A DNA stretch of 61,465 bases, counting the filler, from Candidatus Desantisbacteria bacterium CG1_02_49_89 (lineage in GTDB: Bacteria; Desantisbacteria; UBA1551): assembly GCA_001871075.1 (NCBI GenBank). It is 5 parts of 5 records of this genome, joined end to end, with 100 filler letters (N's around TTAATTAATTAA, not from the genome) between each part and the next. Parts side by side here need not be neighbours in the genome. Positions count along the whole stretch, not along the records: positions 33,694 to 53,887 come from MNUP01000027.1; positions 53,988 to 61,465 come from MNUP01000107.1; 3 more parts are not named here. One strand, written 5' to 3'. Made by a program: the position numbers and the translations under genes. Positions 45,877 to 56,284 of the stretch are shown here, one piece after another; position 1 is the first letter of the stretch, and each line of letters opens with the position of its first letter. A model generated the notes under the pieces. The model was given only the letters and a program-made list of their open reading frames with translations. It was not told the origin of the DNA and ran no database searches.

Positions 45877-48800
45877 ATGAAAAAATATTACGCAGGTCTG
45901 GATATCGGGTCGGTCAGCGTCAAACTTGTAATCCTCGATGCAGAAAAGAAGATCCTTAAAGATTATTACGTCCGCATAGAAGGCGAAGCGCTGCGCAGGA
46001 CCGCTAAGGTCCTCAGGGATGCTTTCGCGCTTTTCAGGCAGGAAGATATAGCGGGCATGGCTGTTACGGGTTCAGGCGGCAAGCTTGTATCGGAAATACT
46101 CGGTGTCCCGTTCATCAACGAGATCATATCACAGTCAAAAAGCACCGGGTTCCTGTACCCCGGGGTTAAAACGATCATTGAGATAGGCGGCGAGGATTCA
46201 AAGTTCATACTTCTGGATGCGGGCAGAGGGACCGGCGCGGGTCTTATCAGGGATTTTTCAATGAACACGATATGCGCGGCAGGCACCGGTTCCTTCCTGG
46301 ACCAGCAGGCTTCCAGGATGGGGTATACCATCGAGGAGTTCTCGGAGATCTCCCTTAAGTCTGTGACGCCGCCCAGGATCGCGGGCAGGTGCAGTGTTTT
46401 CGCCAAGACCGATATGATACACCTCCAGCAGGAGGCGACCCCTGATTACGATATAATAGCGGGCCTATGCCACGCGCTGGCACGCAATTTCAGGAGCACG
46501 ATAGCAAAGAACAAGGATTTTGAAAAACCTATCTCTTTCCAGGGCGGGGTCGCGGCAAACAAAGGCATGGCAAGGGCTTTCAGCGAGGTCCTTGGGCTTG
46601 CCGGGAACGAGCTTGTTATCCCGGAATATTTCGTTTCGATGGGGGCTATAGGAGCGGCTCTCGCTCTCATTGAAAACCCGCTGAGCCAGGCCGGATTCAG
46701 GGACATAAGCGAGCTTGAAAAATACAGGATGGATCCCGCAGGCGCGCGGCTTGACCGGCTGACCGTGTCCGCAGGCGTGAATATCTTCGACTCGCTTGAT
46801 GAAAAACCGATCGCCGAAGGTGGTATCACGGATGTTTTTCTGGGTGTGGACGTAGGTTCTGTCAGCACCAACGTTGTTGCCATAGACGGCAATAAAAGGC
46901 TCCTTTCAAGGCAGTACCTGCCTACCGCCGGAAGGCCGATAGAAGCTGTAAGGAAGGGAATAGATGAGACGGGCAAGGAAATAGGCGGCAGGGTCAGGGT
47001 CAGGGGCGCAGGCACAACGGGTTCAGGCAGGTACATGACCGGTGACCTGATAGGGGCGGATGTCGTAAAGAACGAGATCACTGCCCAGGCAAGGGCTTCT
47101 ATCGAGATCGATAAAAGCGTAGATACGGTTTTTGAGATAGGCGGGCAGGATTCAAAATTCATCAGCCTTAAGAACGGCGTTGTCACAGATTTTGAAATGA
47201 ACAAGGTGTGCGCGGCCGGCACAGGTTCGTTCCTTGAGGAGCAGGCGGAAAGGCTGGGGATAAGCATCAAGGGTGAATTCGGCGATTGCGCGCTGCGGTC
47301 TCAGGCACCTTTGCGGCTCGGAGAAAGGTGCACGGTGTTCATGGAAACCGATGTCGTGAACCACCAGCAGAGGGGGGCGGGGAAAGAAGACATCGCTTCA
47401 GGGCTTTCATACTCAATAGTGCAGAACTACCTCAACCGCGTGGTAGGGGATAAAAAGATCGGCGGCAATATTTTTTTTCAGGGCGCGGTCGCTTTCAACA
47501 GGGGAGTTGTTTCGGCTTTCGAAAAAGTTACAGGCAAAAAGATCACCGTCCCTCCCAATAACGACGTGACCGGCGCGATAGGCGTTGCGCTCATCGCGAT
47601 GGAATACATGAAAAAGAACGGGCTGAAGGAAAGCAGGTTCAAGGGATTTGACCTGTCGAAGAAGAAATACAGCATTTCAGCTTTTGAATGCAAAGGCTGC
47701 GCCAACAGGTGCGAGGTAAAGAAGGTCGAAGTTGAAGGGGACAGCCCGCTTTATTACGGTTCAAGGTGTGAGAAATATGAGGTCGGCAGGAAAAAAGCCA
47801 AAGTTGAGCTGCCGGACCTTTTCGCGGAGCGCGAAGAACTGCTGATGAAACCGCTGAAGGATGCGCTTAAGAGCGCAACCGCTACAAAAAAAGCGCGCTT
47901 TTCAATAGGCATACCGAGAGTGCTGTATTTTTACGAGCTGATGCCGCTGTGGATAACGCTTTTCAGGGAACTTGGATTTGACGTGGTGCTCTCGGACGCG
48001 ACCAACAAGTCAATAATCCACAACGGGGTCGAATCAGTTGTTTCAGAGCACTGTTTCCCCATCAAGGTCGCGCACGGCCACATCCAGAACCTGCTTGAGA
48101 AGAAATGCAGTCATATATTTTTCCCGGTGCTGGTGAACCTGTACGGCGAATACCACGGGATAGAAAAGAGCTATGAGTGCCCTTTTGTGCAGGCGTGCCC
48201 TGACATAATAAAGTCCGCGCTCGAGCTTGGCAAAGAAACAGAATTGCTCAGCCCGGTTGTGTACCTGCGCAGGGGTAAAGAACACCTGGTCGACGTGATG
48301 TTCCGGATGCTGGACAGGTTCGGGATAAAGAAGGCGGAGGTCAGGAAAGCCGCGGGAAAAGCGGTAAAAGCGCAAACGGAATTTTACGGCGCTGTCAGGA
48401 AAAGAGGCAGCGAAATACTCGGTTCTTTGAAAGAAAGGGCGGTGGTCGTTGTAGGCAGGCCTTATAACACGTGCGATCCGGGCCTGAACCTTGAGATACC
48501 CAAGAAACTCAGGGAAATGGGGATCCTCGCGATCCCTATGGACTACCTTACGCTTGAAAAGGTCGAGCTCGGGGTTGAATGGCCGAACATGTACTGGAAA
48601 TACGGGCAGCAGATACTCGCCGCCCTCAGGATCATAAAGGCGCATCCCAAGCTTTACCCTCTTTACATCACGAATTTCGGGTGCGGGCCGGATTCCTTCA
48701 TACTGAAATACTTCGGCAAGGAAGCCGGAAGAAAACCATACCTGAGCATTGAGGTGGACGAGCACAGCGCCGGGGCGGGCGTTATTACGAGGTGCGAGGC

Positions 48801-50115
48801 GTTCCTGGACAGCCTGGAAAACCTGGGCGACATCATCGAGCCGCATCTTCCGGGCCAGAGCATAATATCGTATTCCCCTTCGCAGGACGATCTTGCGGGG
48901 CGAAGGCTTTACGTCCCCTACATGGGCAACAGCGCTTACATTGTGGCGGCCGCGTTCCGCGCCTGCGGCCTGGATTCCGAGGTCATGCAGGTAGCTGACT
49001 CAAGATCGGTTGAGCTCGGAAGGCGGCATACTTCAGGCAAAGAATGTTTTCCCTGCATTATCACGACCGGCGACATAGTGAAAATGCTGCAGTCGCCGGG
49101 TTTTGACAGAAGGAAGGCCGCGTTCTTTATGCCTTCGGCAAGCGGCCCGTGCAGGTTCGGGCAATACAGCAAATGGCAGAGGCTTGTGCTTGACGACCTC
49201 GGTTTCCCCGATATCCCGGTGCTCGCCCCCAACCAGTCGTCTGATTTTTACAAAAGCCTTTCCGGGTACGGCAGGGATTTTGACCGCAGGGCGTGGCTGG
49301 GCGTGTGCGCTGTTGACGCCATTGACAAGCTCGTCAGGGAAACCAGGCCTTATGAGAAAAACAGGGGGGAGTCAGACCGCCTCTACGGGGAATGCCTGAA
49401 GATGCTGGAGAAAGCTATCGAGGACGGAAGCATATTCGATTACAGGCGCATGCTTGAAAGCATCAGGGGCAGGTTTGAAACGGTCAAGGCTGGCCGGAGA
49501 TCACCTGCCAGGCCGGTCATAGGCATTGTGGGGGAGATATATATCCGCTCGCATCACTTCGCGAACAACGGCATAGTGAACGCAGTCGAGGAACTCGGGG
49601 GCGAAACCAGGGTTTCTTCAATGGCGGAATGGTTTTTCTACACGAATAAAAACAGGCTTGACGGCTGGGCCCTTGAAAAAAATTATATCAGATATCTTAT
49701 TGACAGCGTGAAGGATGCCTGGCAAAGGCAGAAAGAGCATATTACCGAGGAAGTTTTCTGCGGCCTGCTTTCCGACGGCAGGGAGCCGGGCGTTGAAGAG
49801 ATGCTGAACAGCAGTAACCCCTACCTGAACAGGAGCATTGAGGGTGAGGCGGTGCTCAGCGTAGGCAAGGCAATTGATTACATCAGGAAGGGCGCAAGCG
49901 GGATAATAAACGTAATGCCGTTCACCTGCATGCCGGGCACCAATGTCAGCGCTGTCCTGACAAGGGTGAAAAAGGATTTCGGGGATATACCGGTGCTGAA
50001 CATGTCCTACGACGGCCTTGAGCAGACCACGGCGAGAACAAGGCTTGAGGCGTTCATGTTCCAGGCGGCACAGTTCAAAAATAGTGTCCAGCGGCCAGTG
50101 TCCAGTGGTCAGTAA
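45877..50115 (+). CDS. Acyl-CoA dehydratase activase-like fusion (2x BadF/BcrA ASKHA domains plus DUF2229-like)
   Basis: Two GxDxGS...EIGGxDSK...CAAGTGSFL...RCxVF modules; CFPIK, FGCGPD and PFTCMP. Confidence 0.9.
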   Translation: MKKYYAGLDIGSVSVKLVILDAEKKILKDYYVRIEGEALRRTAKVLRDAFALFRQEDIAGMAVTGSGGKLVSEILGVPFINEIISQSKSTGFLYPGVKTIIEIGGEDSKFILLDAGRGTGAGLIRDFSMNTICAAGTGSFLDQQASRMGYTIEEFSEISLKSVTPPRIAGRCSVFAKTDMIHLQQEATPDYDIIAGLCHALARNFRSTIAKNKDFEKPISFQGGVAANKGMARAFSEVLGLAGNELVIPEYFVSMGAIGAALALIENPLSQAGFRDISELEKYRMDPAGARLDRLTVSAGVNIFDSLDEKPIAEGGITDVFLGVDVGSVSTNVVAIDGNKRLLSRQYLPTAGRPIEAVRKGIDETGKEIGGRVRVRGAGTTGSGRYMTGDLIGADVVKNEITAQARASIEIDKSVDTVFEIGGQDSKFISLKNGVVTDFEMNKVCAAGTGSFLEEQAERLGISIKGEFGDCALRSQAPLRLGERCTVFMETDVVNHQQRGAGKEDIASGLSYSIVQNYLNRVVGDKKIGGNIFFQGAVAFNRGVVSAFEKVTGKKITVPPNNDVTGAIGVALIAMEYMKKNGLKESRFKGFDLSKKKYSISAFECKGCANRCEVKKVEVEGDSPLYYGSRCEKYEVGRKKAKVELPDLFAEREELLMKPLKDALKSATATKKARFSIGIPRVLYFYELMPLWITLFRELGFDVVLSDATNKSIIHNGVESVVSEHCFPIKVAHGHIQNLLEKKCSHIFFPVLVNLYGEYHGIEKSYECPFVQACPDIIKSALELGKETELLSPVVYLRRGKEHLVDVMFRMLDRFGIKKAEVRKAAGKAVKAQTEFYGAVRKRGSEILGSLKERAVVVVGRPYNTCDPGLNLEIPKKLREMGILAIPMDYLTLEKVELGVEWPNMYWKYGQQILAALRIIKAHPKLYPLYITNFGCGPDSFILKYFGKEAGRKPYLSIEVDEHSAGAGVITRCEAFLDSLENLGDIIEPHLPGQSIISYSPSQDDLAGRRLYVPYMGNSAYIVAAAFRACGLDSEVMQVADSRSVELGRRHTSGKECFPCIITTGDIVKMLQSPGFDRRKAAFFMPSASGPCRFGQYSKWQRLVLDDLGFPDIPVLAPNQSSDFYKSLSGYGRDFDRRAWLGVCAVDAIDKLVRETRPYEKNRGESDRLYGECLKMLEKAIEDGSIFDYRRMLESIRGRFETVKAGRRSPARPVIGIVGEIYIRSHHFANNGIVNAVEELGGETRVSSMAEWFFYTNKNRLDGWALEKNYIRYLIDSVKDAWQRQKEHITEEVFCGLLSDGREPGVEEMLNSSNPYLNRSIEGEAVLSVGKAIDYIRKGASGIINVMPFTCMPGTNVSAVLTRVKKDFGDIPVLNMSYDGLEQTTARTRLEAFMFQAAQFKNSVQRPVSSGQ

Positions 50116-50228
50116 CAGCAGTTTATAGAGTTTATAAAGTTTACACAGTTTACAAAGGTCAAAAGTAACTCAGGGCTTCTCGAAGACCCGCCAATTTTTA
50201 AGGAGGGAGTCCTGATACTGCGGAACAT

Positions 50229-51017
50229 ATGATTAAAAAGATAGGGTTGATTTATAATCCTGAAAAAAAGAAGGCTGCGAGGGCGGCGAAAGCAGTTGCG
50301 GGCATGTTTGCCAGGCAAGGCGCGGAAATATTGGAAGGAGCGGACCTGGGCAAATGCCAGCTGGTCATTGCGCTCGGAGGAGACGGTATGCTCCTGCGCG
50401 CTGCAAGGCTTGTAAAACCCGGCATACCGGTGCTTCCCGTTTCCCTGGGGAGCCTTAATTTTCTTTCAGGCGCAAGCATAAGCCGGCTGAAAAACAGCTG
50501 TAAAGCGGTTATCCGCGGGCAATTCACAACGGAAAAACGGCTGATGCTTTCTGCTGAAGCCGGGGAGCGCAGGTTCAGGGCCCTGAACGATTTCGTGGTG
50601 GAACGCGGGACGCACAGAGCGGTTGTGCTCAGGGTAAAGATAAACGATGAAATATTCGCTTCATATCTCTGCGACGGGCTGATACTTTCAACCCCGACAG
50701 GTTCAACCGCGTATTCACTTGCGGCAGGAGGGCCTGTCGCAAGCCCTGGCCTGAACGGGTTCATGATTACGCCGATCGCGCCGCACACGCTGGCAGGCAG
50801 GACTTTCGTGCTGTCCGGCAATGAGACTGTAAGCGTTATTCCGGAAAGCGAGTGCTTTTTAACAGTGGACGGGCAGGAGAAGATACCTGTTCCCGCCCGT
50901 ATGTGTATAAACGTGCGCAGGTCCCCTTATTCCTTTGTCCTGGCAAGGCTCGGGAACGGAGGTTTTTACAGAACTGTTAACAGCAGGCTGGGCAGGATTC
51001 TTTCAGGGAGAAAATAG
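50229..51017 (+). CDS. nadK: NAD kinase
   Basis: LGGDG, ALND, DGLILSTPTGSTAYSLAAGG. Confidence 0.95.
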   Translation: MIKKIGLIYNPEKKKAARAAKAVAGMFARQGAEILEGADLGKCQLVIALGGDGMLLRAARLVKPGIPVLPVSLGSLNFLSGASISRLKNSCKAVIRGQFTTEKRLMLSAEAGERRFRALNDFVVERGTHRAVVLRVKINDEIFASYLCDGLILSTPTGSTAYSLAAGGPVASPGLNGFMITPIAPHTLAGRTFVLSGNETVSVIPESECFLTVDGQEKIPVPARMCINVRRSPYSFVLARLGNGGFYRTVNSRLGRILSGRK

Positions 51018-52697
51018 GTGCTGAAAGGCATTGAGGTAGAGAATTTCGCCATCATAGATAACCTGAAGCTGCAGTTCCACAAGGGCCTGAATGTTTTTAC
51101 CGGGGAAACCGGGGCAGGCAAGACGATAATCATAGAGGCGCTTTCAGCGGCCCTGGGCGAGAAAACCGGGCAGGAGGTTGTGAGGACCGGCGAGGAAAAA
51201 GCAAGGGTTGCCGCGCTTTTTGACATCACGGATGTTGAAGGGATCACCGGCATTAAGGGGGAAGAACTGCTTTTCCAGAGGGAGGTAGGCCCGGGAAAGA
51301 GCGCTTGTTCTCTTAACGGCAGGATGGCGCCGGTTTCTTCGGTAAGGGAAGCCGGGAACGCGCTGGTGGACATTCACGGCCAGCATGAGCACCAGGCAAT
51401 ACTGAACACATCGCGCCATATAGACCTGCTGGACAGGTTCGGCGGCCTATACGGCGAGCAGAAAGAGGTCGCGAAGAAATACATTGAGCTGAAGCAGAAA
51501 GAAAAAAGGCTTGAGGAGCTTACCGGCCTTGAAAAAACCGAAGAGAGCGTGAGGGAGCTCCTCCAGTTCCAGGTCGAGGAGATAAAAAGGGCGAAGCTTA
51601 GTGAGGTGGAGGAGCCGGAGATAGAAAAGGAGCGCCTGCTTCTCGCTAACGCCCAGAAGCTCAATGAAGCGCTGAGCCTTGCGTACCAGGGCCTTTACGA
51701 AGAGGAAGGCGCGGTGGCTGAACGCGTCAGGAAGATCAGCGCGCAGCTTGAGGCGCTTGGGTCAATTGACGCGGAGCTGTCAGAGATCGCAAGAATGCTT
51801 GAAGAAGCTCGCGTGTCCATTTCTGACATCGCTTCCAGGATAAGGGTCCGCAGGGATGGGATCCAGTATGACCCCGGCAAACTTGAGGAACTCACTGAAA
51901 GGCTGGATTTCATAGGAAAACTCAAGCGCAAATACGGCCCTGCTGTTGCGGATGTCCTGAAGTTCGGCGCAGAGACGGAAAAAAAGCTCAAAGAGATCTC
52001 CTCGCACAAAGAGGAGATAGAAAAGCTTGGCGGGGAAATAGTAAAACTGGAGAACGAGGCGTTGAAACAGGCAAAGGAGCTGTCGCGGAAAAGAAAAACC
52101 GCCGCGGCCAGGCTTGAGAAGAAAATGGTGGAAGAGCTGGCAGGGCTGGAGATGAAGAAAACGCAGTTCAGGGTTGACATTAAGCCGCGAAAACCAAGTG
52201 CGCAGTTTACAAGTTTACAAGTTTACAAGTTTATAAGTGAGGAGCTGGGACCGAAGGGCATAGATGACGTTGAATTCCTGATCTCCCCAAACCCCGGGGA
52301 GGATCTACGACCGTTATCAAAGATCGCTTCAGGCGGGGAGACTTCCCGGATAATGCTCGCTTTGAAATCCATACTTGCCGACGCGGACGAGATACCGGTC
52401 CTTGTATTTGACGAGATCGACATAGGGATCGGCGGAAAGACAGCGTCAAGCGTGGGAGAGAAGCTCAGGAAGCTTGCCGGGAAGAAGCAGATACTGTGCG
52501 TAACGCATCTCCCGCAGATAGCCGCGTTTGCGGATGTCCATTTTAAAGTGGAGAAAGTGGTAGAGAAAGGCAGGACCAAGACATCTGTCCGCAAGCTTGA
52601 TGACAATGAAAAGGTGGAGGAAATAGCGAGGATGATAAGTGGCGAAAAAATTACTTCCACTTCTTTGAAACACGCTCAGGAACTGCTGAGAAAATAA
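51018..52697 (+). CDS. recN: DNA repair protein RecN
   Basis: TGETGAGK, IHGQH, ASGGE.SR, FDEID.GIGG, VTHLPQ. Confidence 0.97.
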   Translation: MLKGIEVENFAIIDNLKLQFHKGLNVFTGETGAGKTIIIEALSAALGEKTGQEVVRTGEEKARVAALFDITDVEGITGIKGEELLFQREVGPGKSACSLNGRMAPVSSVREAGNALVDIHGQHEHQAILNTSRHIDLLDRFGGLYGEQKEVAKKYIELKQKEKRLEELTGLEKTEESVRELLQFQVEEIKRAKLSEVEEPEIEKERLLLANAQKLNEALSLAYQGLYEEEGAVAERVRKISAQLEALGSIDAELSEIARMLEEARVSISDIASRIRVRRDGIQYDPGKLEELTERLDFIGKLKRKYGPAVADVLKFGAETEKKLKEISSHKEEIEKLGGEIVKLENEALKQAKELSRKRKTAAARLEKKMVEELAGLEMKKTQFRVDIKPRKPSAQFTSLQVYKFISEELGPKGIDDVEFLISPNPGEDLRPLSKIASGGETSRIMLALKSILADADEIPVLVFDEIDIGIGGKTASSVGEKLRKLAGKKQILCVTHLPQIAAFADVHFKVEKVVEKGRTKTSVRKLDDNEKVEEIARMISGEKITSTSLKHAQELLRK

Positions 52698-52714
52698 ATG
52701 CCGCCGGGGTAGTC

Positions 52715-52972
52715 ATGACGCAATATAAAAAACTTTTGGCTAAGATTTTACAGGGCAGTTCCGATGCAAATATTGCTTTCACAGAAATACGTCAGTTGCT
52801 AATCAGTCTGGATTTTGATGAGCGCATTCGTGGCAGTCATCACATTTTTACAAAAGATGATATTGTGGAGATTTTGAATTTACAGACTAAAGGTGCAAAA
52901 GCAAAGCCATATCAGGTTAAGCAGATTCGAAATATAATCTTGAAGTATAAACTCGGAGGTGGAGATGTTTAA
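52715..52972 (+). CDS. hicA: HicA-family toxin
   Basis: GSHHIF, LNLQ...KAKPYQVKQ; overlaps hicB. Confidence 0.88.
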   Translation: MTQYKKLLAKILQGSSDANIAFTEIRQLLISLDFDERIRGSHHIFTKDDIVEILNLQTKGAKAKPYQVKQIRNIILKYKLGGGDV

Positions 52973-53174
52973 GTATGAAGTAATTATCTATTGGAGCGAT
53001 GAGGACAAAGCGTTTATCGCTGATGTTCCCGAATTGCCCGGCTGTATGGCTGACGGAAAAACTTATCAGGAAGCCCTGGATAACGCAAAGGGGGTAATCC
53101 ATGAGTGGATCGAAACCGCCAAAGAATTGGGGAGGGCAATTCCTGAACCAAAAGGGCGGTTGGTATTTGCATAA
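52965..53174 (+). CDS. hicB: HicB-family antitoxin (short form)
   Basis: ADVPELPGCMADG.T..EAL......I..W...IPEP. Confidence 0.9.
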   Translation: MFKYEVIIYWSDEDKAFIADVPELPGCMADGKTYQEALDNAKGVIHEWIETAKELGRAIPEPKGRLVFA

Positions 53175-53273
53175 AAGAGGTGTAAAAAATCGCCCCTGAT
53201 TTGATAGTTGTCCGTAGGGAACTTGATCACTGTAGGTTTTTATTTTAGATTGAATAAATCAAGAGGTAGTTTA

Positions 53274-53798
53274 ATGAAAGCAGCCGGAATTTTTATCACA
53301 ATCTTTTTATTATTTTTCACAAGCCCTGCATTTTCGCAAGAACAGAAGACTACTGCTGCCGTAATGGATCTGCAGGCAGAAGAAGGGATTTCGCAAGGTG
53401 TTGTCCGCACGCTTTCCGATTATCTTCGCACCCAGTTGGTGAATACAAACGAATATGCTATTGTTACTCGAGAGAATATGGAAGAAATTCTCAAAGAGCA
53501 GCAATTTCAACTTACAAACTGTACAAGTCAGGAATGTATTGTGCAAGTAGGAAAATTGCTCGGTGCCCGTAAAATGTTTGCAGGTTCTATTGGGAAAGTT
53601 GGAAGCACTTATCTTATTACCCTCAGAATTATTGATGTAGAATTTGGCAAGATTGAAAAAGCAGAAACTGAAAAATGCACAAAATGTGAAGAAGACGCTT
53701 TAATAAAATCTATAAAAAATATTGTAGACAAAATAATTCAGCTAGAACCAAATACTTCGAAAGACCCGCTCTTTGATATCCTAGTGTGGTGTCTCTAA
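53274..53798 (+). CDS. Exported CsgG/TolB-N-like domain protein, possibly truncated
   Basis: Signal peptide; RENMEEILKEQ.FQ..CT..ECIV.VGKLLGA.....GSIGK.G....ITLR.IDVE. Confidence 0.65.
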   Translation: MKAAGIFITIFLLFFTSPAFSQEQKTTAAVMDLQAEEGISQGVVRTLSDYLRTQLVNTNEYAIVTRENMEEILKEQQFQLTNCTSQECIVQVGKLLGARKMFAGSIGKVGSTYLITLRIIDVEFGKIEKAETEKCTKCEEDALIKSIKNIVDKIIQLEPNTSKDPLFDILVWCL

Positions 53799-53887
53799 CA
53801 GATCTTTACATTTGGGCTTTGCGAGGAGTGTTAACGACGAAGCAATCTCGACCTAAAAATCGAGATTGCCACGCTCCCTTTGGTCGC

Positions 53888-53987
53888 NNNNNNNNNNNNN
53901 NNNNNNNNNNNNNNNNNNNNNNNNNNNNNNNTTAATTAATTAANNNNNNNNNNNNNNNNNNNNNNNNNNNNNNNNNNNNNNNNNNNN
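53888..53987. other. Artificial contig spacer
   Basis: N-run with central TTAATTAATTAA. Confidence 0.99.
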
Positions 53988-54589
53988 GGGTAGGAAGAAG
54001 AGGATGTTTCCAGGTAAATATTCTTATACCTGCTCGCGCCAAGTATGGCTTGTTCTGTTGCGCCCTGGTCATACCAGCCCATGTGGGACATGATAAAATT
54101 CACTTTCGGGAATTCCGCGGCAAGGCTTATCATATGCAGGGGGTTACCGTATATTTCCGGGCCTGTGTGCGATGCCATCGGAAGGTTATATTTCTGCGCG
54201 ATCTCACAGACCTTAAAAGCCGCATCGCAGTAAAGCTGGAACCTGCAGTTTAGCGGCAGGATCTCTCCTATGCCCCTAATGCCTTTTTTGGCGAAATACT
54301 CAACGTCTTCAGCCGCGTCAGGCATCAGCAAATTAAGCCACATAAACGGGATGAACCTGCCAGGGTATTTTCGCGCGGCTTCAAGGGTTTTTTCGTTGGT
54401 ATATTTGAAATTAGAGCATCTCAGGCTCTGCGCGCCAGCCTCATCCCTTCCGCCCCAGTCAGCCCCGTAGATCCCGCCCATCAGCACGCCCTTGTCCACG
54501 CCGAAGGCGTCATAGCGTTTTATCTTTTCTTCGGCGCTGATAGCCCATATGCCCCAGTCACCCAGGTGGCAGTGAGAATCTATGACCAC
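53988..54589 (-). CDS. Amidohydrolase_2 TIM-barrel metallohydrolase (truncated by contig end)
   Basis: IDSHCH, GIGE, HTG, SHMG, YLETS. Confidence 0.85.
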
Positions 54590-54590
54590 G

Positions 54591-55316
54591 TTATTCTCCC
54601 AGTATCTTAAGCATGCTGTTGCCGCACACTTTTTTATGGTCTTCCGCGGTTAACCCGGCAAGTTCTATTCTTTTCAAAGCAAATCCCATATCTCCAACGG
54701 GAAAATTACTTCCTAAAACAACCCTGTCAGCCCCCAGGGCTTTTACAGCCCCGCCTATATACGCCTTCGGCATTATGATCCGCGAGCATTCCATATAGAT
54801 ATTATTGTGTTTCTTTGCTATATCCCAGACCGCAGGCGGCCATCCTGCCATGTGCGCGAAGATGATCTTCACCTGGGGGAAATCACAGGCCATTTTTTCA
54901 AGGATCTCGGAACTGCTGTGCAGGAATACGGGCAGTCCGTGATCTTCGATCTCCTGCAGGCACTGCCCGAGAAGCGGCGAATAGCACCACTGCTCGTCCT
55001 CGCTGTGCAGTTTTATCCCTTTGAACCCAAGGTCAACGCTTTTTTTAAGCACCTCCGGACAGTTTTTCAATGCCGGGTTTATCCTGGCAAAACCTATCAG
55101 CCTGTCCTGAAAAGGTTTGATCGCTTCCGCGAGCCACTGGTTCTGTTCTGAATAATCTCCGGGCACAACGTTGTACTGCGGGAAAACAACGGCTTTATTT
55201 ATACCTGAGGAGTCCATTTCCGCAAGAAGCTCTTTTGTGGTAGCACTCCATTTCGGATAAGTTGCTTTCCCAAGATGCGCGTGCGCGTCGATTATCATTC
55301 CTTTTCCTGACCCCAT
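54591..55316 (-). CDS. Amidohydrolase_2 TIM-barrel metallohydrolase
   Basis: IDAHAH, GIKLH, AHMAG, GADRVVLGSNFP. Confidence 0.88.
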   Translation of the reverse strand: MGSGKGMIIDAHAHLGKATYPKWSATTKELLAEMDSSGINKAVVFPQYNVVPGDYSEQNQWLAEAIKPFQDRLIGFARINPALKNCPEVLKKSVDLGFKGIKLHSEDEQWCYSPLLGQCLQEIEDHGLPVFLHSSSEILEKMACDFPQVKIIFAHMAGWPPAVWDIAKKHNNIYMECSRIIMPKAYIGGAVKALGADRVVLGSNFPVGDMGFALKRIELAGLTAEDHKKVCGNSMLKILGE

Positions 55317-55415
55317 GTTTTAGAGAATCGTTGTAACATCGTTAAGTAAGGTCCCGATGTTCAGGGAATCTTTCGTGTCTTCGTGATACTTTCATGTCTT
55401 CGTGGAAATCTTTTA

Positions 55416-56099
55416 TTATTTGAATAGTATCTTGCCGAAATTCTCAGGCTCGTGGAATGAAGTATACATTTGCGCCCAGCTTGTGTTGATCGACGGGGCG
55501 CCTGAGCAGATATTCCTGCAGACATTAAAACTCCACATGGCGCCTTTCTTCGGGTTTGCCTTCAATGTCTTAAAAGGGATCCTGATCTCAGCTGACCACA
55601 TTTTATTGCCGGTCACGGTCTTTACTTCCCAGCCGGATGCTTCTGTCTGGGTCCTTGCTATGCCGTTGTACCGCGAACCGATGGCATTCACTATGAACTG
55701 GTTGTATTCAGCCTCAAGCCCTGGCTGGCCTATAAACACCTCGACGCTGTCCTCGGTCCACAATTCGCCGTTGTCCTTCATGGCCGCGGATATATATTTC
55801 GTATCCGGCTCATCGCATTCCACGGCGATAAATAAGGCGTCGGCGTTATAGCCTGTCCTGAAATACGTCTTTTTCTGGCTTATTTCCCCTTCTGTTCCGA
55901 ACACGAAGAATTTCCCGTCTGTCGCCGGGATATTTTTCCACGCCTTGTCGCCTTCCACCTTGCCGTCCATCACGGGAGCCGCTGAAAGGGAATAGCAGGT
56001 AACCTCTTTTGCTGGTTCTGCCGCGAAGCTCGTGTAACACGTAACGTGTAACGTGTAAAGCATGCCCAGGAATAAAACTGCCATTAATAACTTTTTCAT
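55416..56099 (-). CDS. Exported CBM9/DOMON-like sugar-binding protein
   Basis: PVMDG....W, DSVEVFI, W.AE.RIPF, FN.CRN, FHEP..FG. Confidence 0.75.
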   Translation of the reverse strand: MKKLLMAVLFLGMLYTLHVTCYTSFAAEPAKEVTCYSLSAAPVMDGKVEGDKAWKNIPATDGKFFVFGTEGEISQKKTYFRTGYNADALFIAVECDEPDTKYISAAMKDNGELWTEDSVEVFIGQPGLEAEYNQFIVNAIGSRYNGIARTQTEASGWEVKTVTGNKMWSAEIRIPFKTLKANPKKGAMWSFNVCRNICSGAPSINTSWAQMYTSFHEPENFGKILFK

Positions 56100-56284
56100 A
56101 TTACCTCCGTTAAACTATTATTTACCACGAAAGCACTCCGCCCGTCTTTCAGCGGGCGAGACTTCGCCCACCTGTAAGGATGGGCGAGGAAAGTACGAAG
56201 AAATACATTTTGCTCCCGAAGACACTGAGAAATCCCCCTCACCCAACCCCTCTCCCTCCAGGGGAGAGGATAAAATGGAATAAT

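Noticed and set aside
19666-53987. TTAATTAATTAA motif inside four N-runs
   Set aside because: Artificial contig linker. Adjacencies across the joins, such as pilB next to the secretin, are not evidence of an operon.
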